From an uncultured Candidatus Binatia bacterium (GTDB lineage: Bacteria > Desulfobacterota > Binatia > Bin18), in contig CBDEWE010000003.1 in NCBI GenBank assembly GCA_965243855.1, positions 827,698-891,697 of the forward strand: 64,000 nucleotides of DNA, given 5' to 3'. Shown here piece by piece: positions 36,360-45,753 of this stretch; the first letter of the stretch is position 1, and each line of letters starts with the position of its first letter. The translations under genes were made by a program, and so were the position numbers. Below the pieces are notes generated by a model. That model was not told the DNA's origin and did no database searches. It was given only the letters and a program-made list of their open reading frames with translations.

Positions 36360-36596
36360 CTACACTTTGATGCCGCGCTGGCGCATGTCTTTCAACACCT
36401 GCTCAATGCCCAGCTTATCAATCATCCGAATCCCGCGTGCGCTCAGACGCAGACGTATCCAGCGTTTTTCGCTCGCCAGCCAGAACTTGTGGGTTTGCAT
36501 GTTTGGAAGAAAACGCCGTTTTGTTTTATTGTTGGCGTGGGACACATTGTTCCCGGTGCGTGGGCGTCTGCCAGTGACTGGACACAGTCTCGACAT
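36360..36596 (-). CDS. rpmB: 50S ribosomal protein bL28
   Basis: [36 protein letters not shown]. Confidence 0.95.
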   Translation of the reverse strand: MSRLCPVTGRRPRTGNNVSHANNKTKRRFLPNMQTHKFWLASEKRWIRLRLSARGIRMIDKLGIEQVLKDMRQRGIKV

Positions 36597-36642
36597 GAAA
36601 AAGTCTCCTCGGTGTTATCTTGTCGCCAGATGCAGAGTAGCC

Positions 36643-36671
36643 CTTATAGCATAGCCAATGGCGGGGGCCAA
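36643..36671 (-). promoter_or_regulatory. Probable sigma70 promoter of rpmBG
   Basis: Minus strand TTGGCC-N17-TATAAG with an extended TG. Confidence 0.45.
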
Positions 36672-36889
36672 GGTGGAGGTATTTTTGGACGGGTAGGGCT
36701 GATGGCTAGTCAGGCTGTCAGTTTTTCATACTCGGCTATAGTCTTTGCACACGCCTGTGTGTGACCCGCTTACGGTAGGGCTCCTTGAAAAACTGAGCGA
36801 CAGTCGTGTGAAGCGTATACAAAAAAGGACACCCACTTCAGAGTATCATTTTTCCTTTCCTACGTGTCGAGTGCGTTGACGCGTAGGAC

Positions 36890-37510
36890 TTATGAAACGT
36901 CCTGTGTCTCCTCAACGTCGTCCAGATCATCGAGCAGTTCCTCAGTGTGGCCGGCCACAGGCTCCGTCTCTTGTGGGGCTGGGGGCCGTTTGGTGCGACC
37001 ACGTATCGGCATCCGATTGCGGACTTCACGCCAGTGAAAACTACTCGGCGGACTCTGGAGACGTTCAAAGCTTGCCAGCAGCAGGTCCTTGCTATCCGCC
37101 CGCCCAAAGCAATGGTCACCAATCCACATTTCCCAGCCGGGACGGATACTCCCATCCGGTCCGGTCAGATCTCGCTTCACAAAGACCGGAGATGCTGCGG
37201 ACAATGACGATTCCTCTTCGAGTCCCTGATCGGACGCTTGGGGGGAGGAGACCGGAGGAGCGACGGGCTCTGGTGGAGGAGGGGGAGGGGGGGGAGACAC
37301 CGTTTTTACTTCTGCAGGCTCCGGAGGGACTATCTTGGCGGCTGCTTTGGTCGGTGTTGTTTTCTTGGCTGCCGTTTTGCCCTTTTTCGCACCTGCTTCT
37401 TTCCTGGCAGAGGCTCCGACCGATTTTTTCACTGGTTTTTTTGCAGATTTCGCCGCCGTCGTACTTTTCGTCTTTTTCTTGGCAGGCTTTTCAGACGGGC
37501 GGCTCTTCAT
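36890..37510 (-). CDS. Hypothetical protein with a Lys/Ala-rich N-terminus, poly-Pro linker and small globular domain
   Basis: GAGAGG RBS; KPAKKKTK.. repeats, PPPPPPPP, GWEMWIGDHCFGRADS. Confidence 0.65.
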   Translation of the reverse strand: MKSRPSEKPAKKKTKSTTAAKSAKKPVKKSVGASARKEAGAKKGKTAAKKTTPTKAAAKIVPPEPAEVKTVSPPPPPPPPEPVAPPVSSPQASDQGLEEESSLSAASPVFVKRDLTGPDGSIRPGWEMWIGDHCFGRADSKDLLLASFERLQSPPSSFHWREVRNRMPIRGRTKRPPAPQETEPVAGHTEELLDDLDDVEETQDVS

Positions 37511-37631
37511 GGTGGCGTTCCTCTCAGCTGTCGGCCTAGAGTGCCATTTTCCTTAGGAAAATTCAATCCCCTCCCTGCCCAGAGCCCTGTATTGGAGCGG
37601 TTTTTCTCGACCAGAATGAATGATGCACGGG

Positions 37632-38129
37632 TCATGCCGGTCGATGGGAGGGTGATGTTCTGACGTAGGTGCCGCTTTTTCCACCGCTTTTGTGTTTGAG
37701 GCTGATGTCTAAGATGACCATGTCCTTTTCTACGGCCTTACACATGTCATAGATGGTCAGTGCAGTAACGGAAACCGCAGTCAGGGCTTCCATTTCCACC
37801 CCGGTTTGTCCGTTGACTTTGACCCGCGCCTCAATAGCAATGCGGCCGTTTGCTTCGTCCGGCGTACATTCAACACGCACCGAGGAGATGAGCAGCGGGT
37901 GACACAGCGGAATGAGTTCCGGCGTTTTCTTAGCCGCCATGATACCGGCGACGCGCGCGACGGCGAGCGTATCGCCTTTGGGTATCTGACCGGTGGTAAT
38001 GAGGCGCAGCGTCTCCGGGCGCATCTGGATAGTCCCGGTCGCGACGGCCTCCCGCTCAGTCGCTGATTTTGCGCCCACATCAACCATCCCAGCTCGACCC
38101 TGAGCGTCCGTATGACTCAGTTTTTTCAT
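37632..38129 (-). CDS. moaC: Cyclic pyranopterin monophosphate synthase
   Basis: [53 protein letters not shown]. Confidence 0.95.
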   Translation of the reverse strand: MKKLSHTDAQGRAGMVDVGAKSATEREAVATGTIQMRPETLRLITTGQIPKGDTLAVARVAGIMAAKKTPELIPLCHPLLISSVRVECTPDEANGRIAIEARVKVNGQTGVEMEALTAVSVTALTIYDMCKAVEKDMVILDISLKHKSGGKSGTYVRTSPSHRPA

Positions 38130-38137
38130 GCCGGTGC

Positions 38138-39433
38138 CTACACGAATCGAAGCATCCGGTCTGCCCGGAGCAGTTTGGCCTGAATCGGAATCCCGTGCGG
38201 GCAGGCGCTTTCGCACGGGGCGCGACAGTCAACACACTGAGAGGCGTTCCGGGCGAGTGAAAGCTTGGCATATTCTTCCATGCCCACCCGCTGCTGGCCG
38301 TAGTTTTCATAATACATGGCGTAGCGCAGGATATCATCGACCGGCACGTCGGATGGACAGGAGGACAAGCACTCGCCACAGCCCGGCGGACAATAGTCGT
38401 TCGCAACGAGCCGGTCGTATTTTTCGAGCAGCGCAAGGTCGGCCTGCTGAAACGGCTGTCCCGAGGCATGCAGGTATTCGTCTATGTGATGAAATGAACC
38501 GATCGTGACCACGAGCCCACTCACGTCAGGATTGGAGAGCACCCACTTAAAGGCCGCCTGAGCAAACGATTCCCGTTCGGTTGGGCTAAAGTCCGACAAC
38601 GCACTATGGCGCGCTCCTTTGAGGGTCTTCATGGCTACCACGCCGACCCCCTTCCGCTTGGCATCGTGAAAAATATTCGTCAGCTCAGGCCAGTTGCGGA
38701 AATTATAGGCGACCATGATGACATCGAAGCGGTCGCTATCTACAGCGTGGCGCATGACTTCTTCGAGCCGCGGGGTATGGGACGAGACTCCGAGAAAACG
38801 GAGCTTCCCCTGTTCTTTGAGGCGGTCAAAGGCTTCGTGGATATTCGGATTCATGAGCCGTTCAATAGAATTGCAGGCATGAATATGGGCCAGATCAAGA
38901 TAGTCCGTTCCGATTCTTTGCAGACTGGATTCAACCGCGGCAATGACATCTTTGACCGGAGTGGTATCGCTCAGATGACCCCGCGGCGTGCAAAACTTGG
39001 AAACGATAAAGAGCTTATCGCGCTGATAACCTTGAATGCCTTGGCCGAGGGTTCTTTCCGACCCGGCCCGTGAATAATCCGGGGACGTATCAAAATAATT
39101 GATACCCCGATCAATAGCCCGCCGCACGACATCCGCGCTATCGAGGCCGGAGCAGCCGAACGAGATATCAGATATCTTCATTCCGGTGCGACCCAATGGC
39201 CGATAGCTACGCACGCGAGCTTCCTGCCAGTCCGGGCTTTTTTCCTCTGCTTCGGTTTCAGGCCGGCTCAACAGAAACAGTTGGGTTTTATACTCACAGC
39301 CGGCTGCCAGAGCCGCACCGCCGCCGACCGCACCCAGCGCGGCATTTCTCAGAAACGTGCGCCGACTCGTCGGCGTTCTACCCTGCTCATCCTGCTGGGA
39401 AGAGAGGTGAGCCTTTGACTGTTGCTTACGCAT
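38138..39433 (-). CDS. Aldo/keto reductase with a Tat signal and a C-terminal 4Fe-4S dicluster domain
   Basis: SRRTFL..LAAGC; [24 protein letters not shown]; [13 protein letters not shown] and [13 protein letters not shown]. Confidence 0.85.
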   Translation of the reverse strand: MRKQQSKAHLSSQQDEQGRTPTSRRTFLRNAALGAVGGGAALAAGCEYKTQLFLLSRPETEAEEKSPDWQEARVRSYRPLGRTGMKISDISFGCSGLDSADVVRRAIDRGINYFDTSPDYSRAGSERTLGQGIQGYQRDKLFIVSKFCTPRGHLSDTTPVKDVIAAVESSLQRIGTDYLDLAHIHACNSIERLMNPNIHEAFDRLKEQGKLRFLGVSSHTPRLEEVMRHAVDSDRFDVIMVAYNFRNWPELTNIFHDAKRKGVGVVAMKTLKGARHSALSDFSPTERESFAQAAFKWVLSNPDVSGLVVTIGSFHHIDEYLHASGQPFQQADLALLEKYDRLVANDYCPPGCGECLSSCPSDVPVDDILRYAMYYENYGQQRVGMEEYAKLSLARNASQCVDCRAPCESACPHGIPIQAKLLRADRMLRFV

Positions 39434-39512
39434 GGCGGGCGGCCTCCTTTTTTCGTGTCGTCATAACAGGTGTCAACGGATCACCTGGACCCAGACACAA
39501 GTGCGCCCGAAT

Positions 39513-40091
39513 TCAGGTCAACGTGACTCGATGAATCGTTCCTTCTCTCGTCTGAGTATCAAACAGCGCATACGCTCCCCGCCGGTCTTGGTCTCGTGGC
39601 TGCGAACACGAGCCCGGATTGATGACGATCACGTCGCCAGCTTGATGCACCAGCGGCACATGGGTGTGCCCGAAGCAGACCATATCATAGGGTAGGGAGG
39701 CGAACTCGTCCAATCGCTTGCTGCCCGGATAAATATATTCCTCATAGGGTTCCCACGGACTGGCGTGGACCATGAGAATCCGCAGGCCATCGCACTCAAA
39801 CTCCTGGCTGAGCGGGGCGTCAGCCAGAAAGGCGAGCGACGCTGCCGGGAAGGTCTCCTGACATTTTTTCAGGTACGCAGGATTCCGGCCACCAAAAAGA
39901 ACGATCTCGTGATTGCCCTGAATGCAGTGCACGTCTGCCTCTTGCAGCAGAGAGATCGTGTCCGGGCAGAAACGGTATTCACTCACCGCGTCTCCGGGAC
40001 ACAACAACAAATCAGTGGTGGGCATGTCGTTGAGCACGCGCCGAAGGGCCTGCGCGTCGGCGTGGATATCAGAGACGATTCCAATTTTCAT
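39513..40091 (-). CDS. YfcE-like metallophosphoesterase
   Basis: SDIH, GD, GNHE, HASP, FGHTH, NPGS..PRD. Confidence 0.85.
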   Translation of the reverse strand: MKIGIVSDIHADAQALRRVLNDMPTTDLLLCPGDAVSEYRFCPDTISLLQEADVHCIQGNHEIVLFGGRNPAYLKKCQETFPAASLAFLADAPLSQEFECDGLRILMVHASPWEPYEEYIYPGSKRLDEFASLPYDMVCFGHTHVPLVHQAGDVIVINPGSCSQPRDQDRRGAYALFDTQTREGTIHRVTLT

Positions 40092-40096
40092 ATTGC

Positions 40097-40160
40097 AGTC
40101 TGTTGAGTCTGTTGGGTCGTTGAGTCTGTTGGGTCGTTGAGTCTGTTGGGTCGTTGAGTC
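40097..40160. repeat. 17-bp tandem repeat, three full copies plus partials
   Basis: agtctgttgggtcgttg at 40106, 40123 and 40140. Confidence 0.9.
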
Positions 40161-40166
40161 ACAAGG

Positions 40167-40256
40167 AACCCACCCCGGCCTTCGGCCATCCCTCCCAAGA
40201 GGGGATGTGTTCCGCTCCCCTCCCTGGAGGGGTGCCGCGTAGCGGCGGGGTGGGTT
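40167..40256. repeat. REP-like doublet (two inverted units)
   Basis: Termini aacccaccccg...cggggtgggtt; each half is related to 16653-16696. Confidence 0.7.
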
Positions 40257-40346
40257 ATCCCCTATGAGATACTATTCCGCAGCCTCGTTGAGTCAATGTG
40301 TATGGTTTTCGGCACTCATGCAAGAGGGACGATACCGCGCCGCCTG

Positions 40347-40889
40347 CTATGCGATGCTTTGTTCCTCTATATACTCGCCAGCCAGCAGCAGTCCGTCGAG
40401 TGTTACGTCCAGGCCGCACGCCCGCGCCAGGACCGTCAGCAGGAGGTCGCTGACGACCCGTTCTTCTCCCTGCCGATCTCGTGCGCCTTTGGTCAACGTG
40501 CACGAATAGACCCGGGTTTCCGCCGCGGTACTGGCGCCGATGTGCGCACGATGGGCCCCCTTTTTGAGGCGGTCCGTCGCCAGCGCGGCCGTGCAGGCGA
40601 CACCAACCAGAGGGTCCTCTGCAGCGTGTAATACGACAGCACGCTTATAGGCCTCCCGTGCCAGGGCGGCCGCGGTTTCCACGCTCACGGCCTGGTGCGG
40701 GCTAGCTCCCAGAAATTCGGTGAGCGCCGCTTCACTATAGGGAACGACCACTTCAAGCACAGTCCGTGAGGCACCCGGAATAGCCAGCAAATCCGCGACT
40801 GCCTGGGTTCCACCGCCCGTCACCACAAGCACGGCCCTGAGAGAGCTGGCATGAATCCGGGCAATGCTTGTGGTGTAGACAGCTGCCAT
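40347..40889 (-). CDS. CinA-like domain protein
   Basis: TGGG..LLAIPGASRTVLEVVVPYS..AVSVETAAALA..GVACTAALAT. Confidence 0.7.
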   Translation of the reverse strand: MAAVYTTSIARIHASSLRAVLVVTGGGTQAVADLLAIPGASRTVLEVVVPYSEAALTEFLGASPHQAVSVETAAALAREAYKRAVVLHAAEDPLVGVACTAALATDRLKKGAHRAHIGASTAAETRVYSCTLTKGARDRQGEERVVSDLLLTVLARACGLDVTLDGLLLAGEYIEEQSIA

Positions 40890-40891
40890 GA

Positions 40892-41758
40892 CTAGGCTTC
40901 TATGATGGCCCGCGCCTCGTCCGGTGTCGCCACCTCGTGACCCATAGCGGTAATGGTTGCCACAGCACGCTCGACGAGTTGCGGATTTGTTGGCTGCCCT
41001 TCTTGCGCATAATGGTGGTCTTCCAAGCCAAGCCGGACATGGCCACCCAGACTGATGATCTGCGGGATAAACGGGAGATTATCTCCGCCGAGCGTAGCCG
41101 CAAACCAATTGCAGCGCACGCTTTGTAGCATATCCAGATAGGCTTCCAGGCTCTTGAGGGAAGGGGGCAGGCCGAACGGCAGCTCCGGTCCACCAAAATA
41201 GAACTTGAGCAACAACGGTTCGGTCAGCAATCCCTGGTCAAGAAAGACCAGCACGGCCCGAAGAAAGCTGGGATCAAAAATTTGGAGGGTCGGTCTCACC
41301 CCGCACGCCCGCGACTGTTCCAGAAAATAGCGATTGGCATCATACGAATTCTGATAGATGAAGTTCCCGCCCAAGAGCGTTTTTGTGCTCGCATCATACG
41401 AAACCAGGTTGACCGAGCCCGGATCGGCCCAGCCCAGGTCCGGTTTTGTGACCGGGTCTTTGGCGAGTTCCAGAAAATGGGCAAACCGTTCAACCGGGTC
41501 GTCGCCAAACGGAAAGGTAGGCCAGAGAATGGGGTTGCACTGTTCGCGCGTTCGCCGGAATACCTCGCTATAATACCCAACGTCCTGCACCCATTCGCCC
41601 GTGTCCGGCTCCCTGACATGAAAATGAACCGCCGCCGCCCCGGCCTGACAGGTCGCGATGGCATCGTTAGCGATATCTTCCGGACTGTAGGCAATATGGG
41701 GATTCCGGGCTTTGTCGGAATTGCCGTTGATGGCTGCCTCAATCATGATCTTGGCCAT
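40892..41758 (-). CDS. Beta-keto acid cleavage enzyme (Kce/DUF849)
   Basis: IEAAING..NPHIAYSPEDIA..AGAAAVHFHVR..GGHVRLGLED. Confidence 0.9.
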   Translation of the reverse strand: MAKIMIEAAINGNSDKARNPHIAYSPEDIANDAIATCQAGAAAVHFHVREPDTGEWVQDVGYYSEVFRRTREQCNPILWPTFPFGDDPVERFAHFLELAKDPVTKPDLGWADPGSVNLVSYDASTKTLLGGNFIYQNSYDANRYFLEQSRACGVRPTLQIFDPSFLRAVLVFLDQGLLTEPLLLKFYFGGPELPFGLPPSLKSLEAYLDMLQSVRCNWFAATLGGDNLPFIPQIISLGGHVRLGLEDHHYAQEGQPTNPQLVERAVATITAMGHEVATPDEARAIIEA

Positions 41759-41782
41759 AGTTCCTCCTTTGGATCGTCTGAT

Positions 41783-42565
41783 TTACCCCTGATGATCCGA
41801 GAGCCGCACCCGCACCCCGCGCTCATCCAGGAAACGCTTGCACTCCTGAATGGAGTGTTCCTGGTAGTGAAAGATCGAGGCGGCCAGCGCGGCGTCGGCC
41901 TTGCCGGTGGTGAGTCCCTCATAAATATGCTGTAAATTTCCAACCCCACCCGAAGCAATGACCGGAATCGTCACTGCTTCGGCGATCGCGCAGGTGAGCT
42001 CGATATCATAGCCAGCCTTGGTGCCGTCTCGGTCCATACTCGTCAGCAGGAGTTCACCCGAGCCATACGCTTCCATCCGTTGCGCCCATTCGATGGCGTC
42101 AATACCGGTCGGAGTGCGGCCGCCGTGAATAAAGACCTCCCAGCCGGACGATTCGGAGGCCACCCTCCGCTTGGCATCAATCGCCACCACGATGCACTGG
42201 CTCCCAAAGCGTTCGGCTGCTTCTTTGACAAACTCGGGCCGATTGACGGCCGCAGTGTTGATGGAGACTTTATCTGCACCGGCATTAAGCAGGTTGCGAA
42301 TATCCTGGTTCTCCCGTACCCCGCCGCCAACGGTCAGCGGCATGAAAACGGTTTCCGCCGTTTTGCGGACAACATCGAGAATAATCCGCCGCCGTTCGTG
42401 CGAGGCCGTAATATCGAGAAACGTCAGCTCGTCCGCACCTTCTGCGTCATACCGCTGCGCGACTGCAACCGGGTCTCCGGCATCGCGCAGATCGACAAAA
42501 TTCACTCCCTTTACCACGCGGCCTTCTTTCACATCCAGGCACGGAATGATGCGTTTGCTCAGCAT
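41783..42565 (-). CDS. hisF: Imidazole glycerol phosphate synthase, cyclase subunit
   Basis: [49 protein letters not shown]. Confidence 0.97.
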   Translation of the reverse strand: MLSKRIIPCLDVKEGRVVKGVNFVDLRDAGDPVAVAQRYDAEGADELTFLDITASHERRRIILDVVRKTAETVFMPLTVGGGVRENQDIRNLLNAGADKVSINTAAVNRPEFVKEAAERFGSQCIVVAIDAKRRVASESSGWEVFIHGGRTPTGIDAIEWAQRMEAYGSGELLLTSMDRDGTKAGYDIELTCAIAEAVTIPVIASGGVGNLQHIYEGLTTGKADAALAASIFHYQEHSIQECKRFLDERGVRVRLSDHQG

Positions 42566-42615
42566 GCGCGCAGTGTCAGGCGTTTCCAGAAAACTGTCAA
42601 GAGAGGCGAAAGCGC

Positions 42616-43593
42616 TCAACTGGCCCGACCCTGGACAGACGGCACTGAGGAGACCGGGGAAGCGGCGAGGTCTGGCTGCGCTGACGCGGCCGGCGCTGCG
42701 GTGTGGGCCTGGGCTTCGTCAGCAACGCTGTCTTCGGCCCAGATGATATTCCGATAGTCGAGCCGCTGCGAACCGATGATATTGAATTTAATCGCATGGA
42801 AATAAGGCGACAGATCAAAATCGCGCGGGGTAATCAGGGTAGGGTGTCGCCGTCGAAAGACCGGTCGCCCGCGCGTGTCCTGTTCCTTGGCGAAGAAGCG
42901 GCGGTAAAAGGGCGGATGCGTCTCCTGAGAGTCGGGGGTGGACTCGACGTGGGGCAGAATGGGAAAGCGGGCTTTACCAAAGGCCGAGGCAATCATGCTG
43001 GAACAGATGACCTGGGTTGGCAGCCCACTCCCAAAAGAGAGCGCCCGCCGCCGGAACCGGCGTGGAACCAGACTGACCGGCAGGAAATAGCGTCCCAGGT
43101 CAAGGATATTCTGGAGATCATACGTATAGCCGAGCTGATTAATCACATCGTCCAAAATAACCTGGCAGTCCTGAGGCTGGAGGTTGTACGGGCGACACAG
43201 GCGGATGTTGTACTCGACGTATTTCGACAGGGTGGACAGCACGACCCCTTCCTCAACCAGCGCTTCCACCAACAGGAACCGGGCGTCGTCGCCAAAAGCG
43301 GTCCGGGCCTGCTCTGCCAGCGGATGGTTGCCGCGAATCAGCTCATCGCCAATGTAGATGGCCGAGTGCGACCAGGAACTCTGGGTGAGATATTTAACGA
43401 CCTCGCTAATGCGTTGAGAGCCCTCCACCAGCAGGACATCCCCTTTGCGTATCTGGCTCTTGAGCGCATCCAGATTGTTCGGAAAACGGACCGCATAGTT
43501 GTTGAGGGGTTTGGTGAGCAGGGCGACGAACTGCTTGATGATCGCTTGGCGGAGGCGCCGAAGTGGATGAAATGTGGGTATCGCTTGTGCCAT
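42616..43593 (-). CDS. Permuted NlpC/P60 (YiiX/YebB-like) cysteine hydrolase
   Basis: [23 protein letters not shown] (His) precedes [10 protein letters not shown] (Cys); [12 protein letters not shown]. Confidence 0.8.
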   Translation of the reverse strand: MAQAIPTFHPLRRLRQAIIKQFVALLTKPLNNYAVRFPNNLDALKSQIRKGDVLLVEGSQRISEVVKYLTQSSWSHSAIYIGDELIRGNHPLAEQARTAFGDDARFLLVEALVEEGVVLSTLSKYVEYNIRLCRPYNLQPQDCQVILDDVINQLGYTYDLQNILDLGRYFLPVSLVPRRFRRRALSFGSGLPTQVICSSMIASAFGKARFPILPHVESTPDSQETHPPFYRRFFAKEQDTRGRPVFRRRHPTLITPRDFDLSPYFHAIKFNIIGSQRLDYRNIIWAEDSVADEAQAHTAAPAASAQPDLAASPVSSVPSVQGRAS

Positions 43594-43723
43594 CCCCTGC
43601 GTTCCCTCTCTATATTGTAGAGGAAGCGAGCCGGAGACGACAAGGGAAGCGTGTCTATGCCCGGCACTTCGATTGTATGCTAGGATTACGTGGTGTGAAA
43701 ACGCCCAGACGGAGCATGGTCTT

Positions 43724-44167
43724 ATGGCAGCCCAGACAACGTATCCGCGACAGGTCAAAGAGGTGATGACCCGAGACGTGGTTGCGCTCAGGCCGCAGCA
43801 ACCGTTTGCGCAGGCATTAGCGCTCCTCGCCCAGTATCGATTCCGGCATTTGCTGGTGACGGATGACAATGCCCGTTTGGCCGGAGTGATCTCTGACCGT
43901 GATCTGCTCCGCTGCATGAGCCGGGAGGCCGACCTTGGGCGGGTCACGGTCGCCGACATTATGGGGTCTGCCGTGGTGACCGTGCAACCGGACACCACGC
44001 TGTCCGAAGCCGCCGCCCAGATGCTGAGCCGTCGTATTAACTGTCTGCCGGTGGTCGAGAACGGCCGGGTCTGCGGTATTCTGACTTCGACCGACCTGCT
44101 CCAGGCCTTTCACAACCTCCAAACGCATATTGAACAGGAAGCTGTCCCGGACGCGCCACAGGAATGA
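43724..44167 (+). CDS. CBS domain pair protein
   Basis: VKEVMTRDVV..RHLLVTD..GVISDRDL..VADIM..LPVVENGRVCGILTSTDL. Confidence 0.85.
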   Translation: MAAQTTYPRQVKEVMTRDVVALRPQQPFAQALALLAQYRFRHLLVTDDNARLAGVISDRDLLRCMSREADLGRVTVADIMGSAVVTVQPDTTLSEAAAQMLSRRINCLPVVENGRVCGILTSTDLLQAFHNLQTHIEQEAVPDAPQE

Positions 44168-44193
44168 ACGCACGGGCCGCCACAAGGTGGCTC

Positions 44194-44925
44194 TTATACC
44201 TGGGAAGTGCCCAGCCGAATCGCCTCTCCCAACTGCACCCCGCCGGTGTAAAGCGCCCGCCCGATAATCACCCCCATGACCCCAAACGGTTCAAGAGGCA
44301 GGAGACGCTGAATATCGGCGGTACTCGCCACCCCGCCCGAGGCAATGACCGGGACGGAGACTGCCTGGGCCAGGGCGCCTGTGGCCTCATGATTCACGCC
44401 CTGCTGGGTCCCGTCGCGGCTGATATCCGTATAGACGATCTCACTCACCCCCTGGTTCTGACAGCGGAGCGCCAACTCGGCCGCATCCAGGTTGGTTGTT
44501 TCCGTCCAGCCCTGGACCGCCACCCGCCCGCCCAGGGCGTCAATGCCGACCGTAATCCGGCCGGGGAACTTGGCACAGGCTTCCGTCACCAGCGCCGGTT
44601 GACGATGGGCTACCGTCCCCAGGATCGCGCGACTGACTCCAAGAGAGAGGAGGCGTTCGAGCGTGGCCAGACTGCGGATACCACCCCCGACCTGAACCGG
44701 AATGCTCAGAGCCTGACAGATGCGCTCAATCGGACTGGTATTGACTACGGTGCCGCTAACCGCCGCATCAAGGTCCACCACGTGCAGCCGCTGGGCTCCT
44801 TCCCGTTGCCAGCGCAGCGCGGTGTCAACCGGGTCGTCCGAGTAGACCGTGGCCCGGTCCATATCCCCCTGATAGAGGCGGACGCACTGCCCGGCTTTCA
44901 GGTCAATGGCAGGAATAATCAGCAT
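44194..44925 (-). CDS. hisA: ProFAR isomerase
   Basis: IIPAIDLKAGQCVRLYQGD, LHVVDLD, QVGGGIR, TDISRDG, IIGRALY. Confidence 0.97.
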   Translation of the reverse strand: MLIIPAIDLKAGQCVRLYQGDMDRATVYSDDPVDTALRWQREGAQRLHVVDLDAAVSGTVVNTSPIERICQALSIPVQVGGGIRSLATLERLLSLGVSRAILGTVAHRQPALVTEACAKFPGRITVGIDALGGRVAVQGWTETTNLDAAELALRCQNQGVSEIVYTDISRDGTQQGVNHEATGALAQAVSVPVIASGGVASTADIQRLLPLEPFGVMGVIIGRALYTGGVQLGEAIRLGTSQV

Positions 44926-45590
44926 GACGACACGGAGACCGACGAGGCGCGGGGCAGGCTGCCTGAGCGCTGCTCGCGAACGAGCTGTCCGAAATTGGCC
45001 AGAATTTGCAGGCCAATCGCCTGACTTTTTTCCGGATGAAACTGCGTAGCAAAGACATTCCCCGCCCACACACTGGAGGCAAACGGTCGCCCATACTCCG
45101 TGGTCGTAGCAATAATCGCGGGGTCATCCGGGACCGGATAGTACGAATGCACGAAATACACGCTTGCGCCCTCGGCCACGCCGTCGAGATGGGGAGGGCG
45201 GTGTTTCACCTGGAGCTGATTCCAGCCCATGTGCGGAATTTTCTGCCCGACCAGGGTGGTCGGATCAAACCGCACAATCTTGCCTTTGAGAATATCCAGC
45301 CCCCGGACCCGACCAAACTCGACACTCTCCGAAAACAGAATCTGCATCCCCACACAAATACCGAGAAACGGCGTGCCCCGCTCAACCACCCGGTGGACGG
45401 TATCGATCAGACCGCATTCGGCCAGGCCGTCCATGCATGCTCCAAACGCGCCCACCCCCGGCAGGACAACACCGCTGGCGGCCTCAATTTGCGCCGCATC
45501 CCGGGTGACGGTCGCCGCATGGCCCATCTTTACAAAGCCCTTTTGGACACTGCGCAGATTGCCCATACCGTAATCAATAATCGCGATCAT
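44919..45590 (-). CDS. hisH: Imidazole glycerol phosphate synthase, glutaminase subunit
   Basis: IDYGMGNLRSV, LPGVGAF, GICVGMQ, PHMGWN, YFVHSY, QFHPEKS. Confidence 0.97.
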   Translation of the reverse strand: MIAIIDYGMGNLRSVQKGFVKMGHAATVTRDAAQIEAASGVVLPGVGAFGACMDGLAECGLIDTVHRVVERGTPFLGICVGMQILFSESVEFGRVRGLDILKGKIVRFDPTTLVGQKIPHMGWNQLQVKHRPPHLDGVAEGASVYFVHSYYPVPDDPAIIATTTEYGRPFASSVWAGNVFATQFHPEKSQAIGLQILANFGQLVREQRSGSLPRASSVSVSSC

Positions 45591-45753
45591 CGTGGACCGT
45601 CATTATTCCTGCGGGATGGGCGGGAATCAAGGGAGAGTCACAGCCTTGGGCCACCGCGTATTCATCATAGGAGAACTCTGGCCTTGAGGCTCCGGGCGAA
45701 AACCGATAGGTGTTCATCCAGCCCGCAGGAGCGGGAACTGAAGGAGGAAGCCT

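Noticed and set aside
36597-36720. Zur box or fluoride riboswitch upstream of rpmB
   Set aside because: Only a half-site (tgttat) is present, and the gctgatg segment lacks the complementary pseudoknot pairing.
40097-40160. CRISPR array
   Set aside because: The 17-bp units are directly adjacent with no unique spacers, and no cas genes are present.
43594-43998. N-terminal extension of the NlpC/P60 ORF
   Set aside because: It is antisense to the CBS gene; the likely start is 43593.
42703-45024. Long plus-strand ORFs 42703-43620 and 44164-45024, and similar shadow ORFs elsewhere (e.g. 56779-57642, 59649-60395)
   Set aside because: They are antisense to well-supported genes, have no motifs, and are expected in GC-rich DNA.
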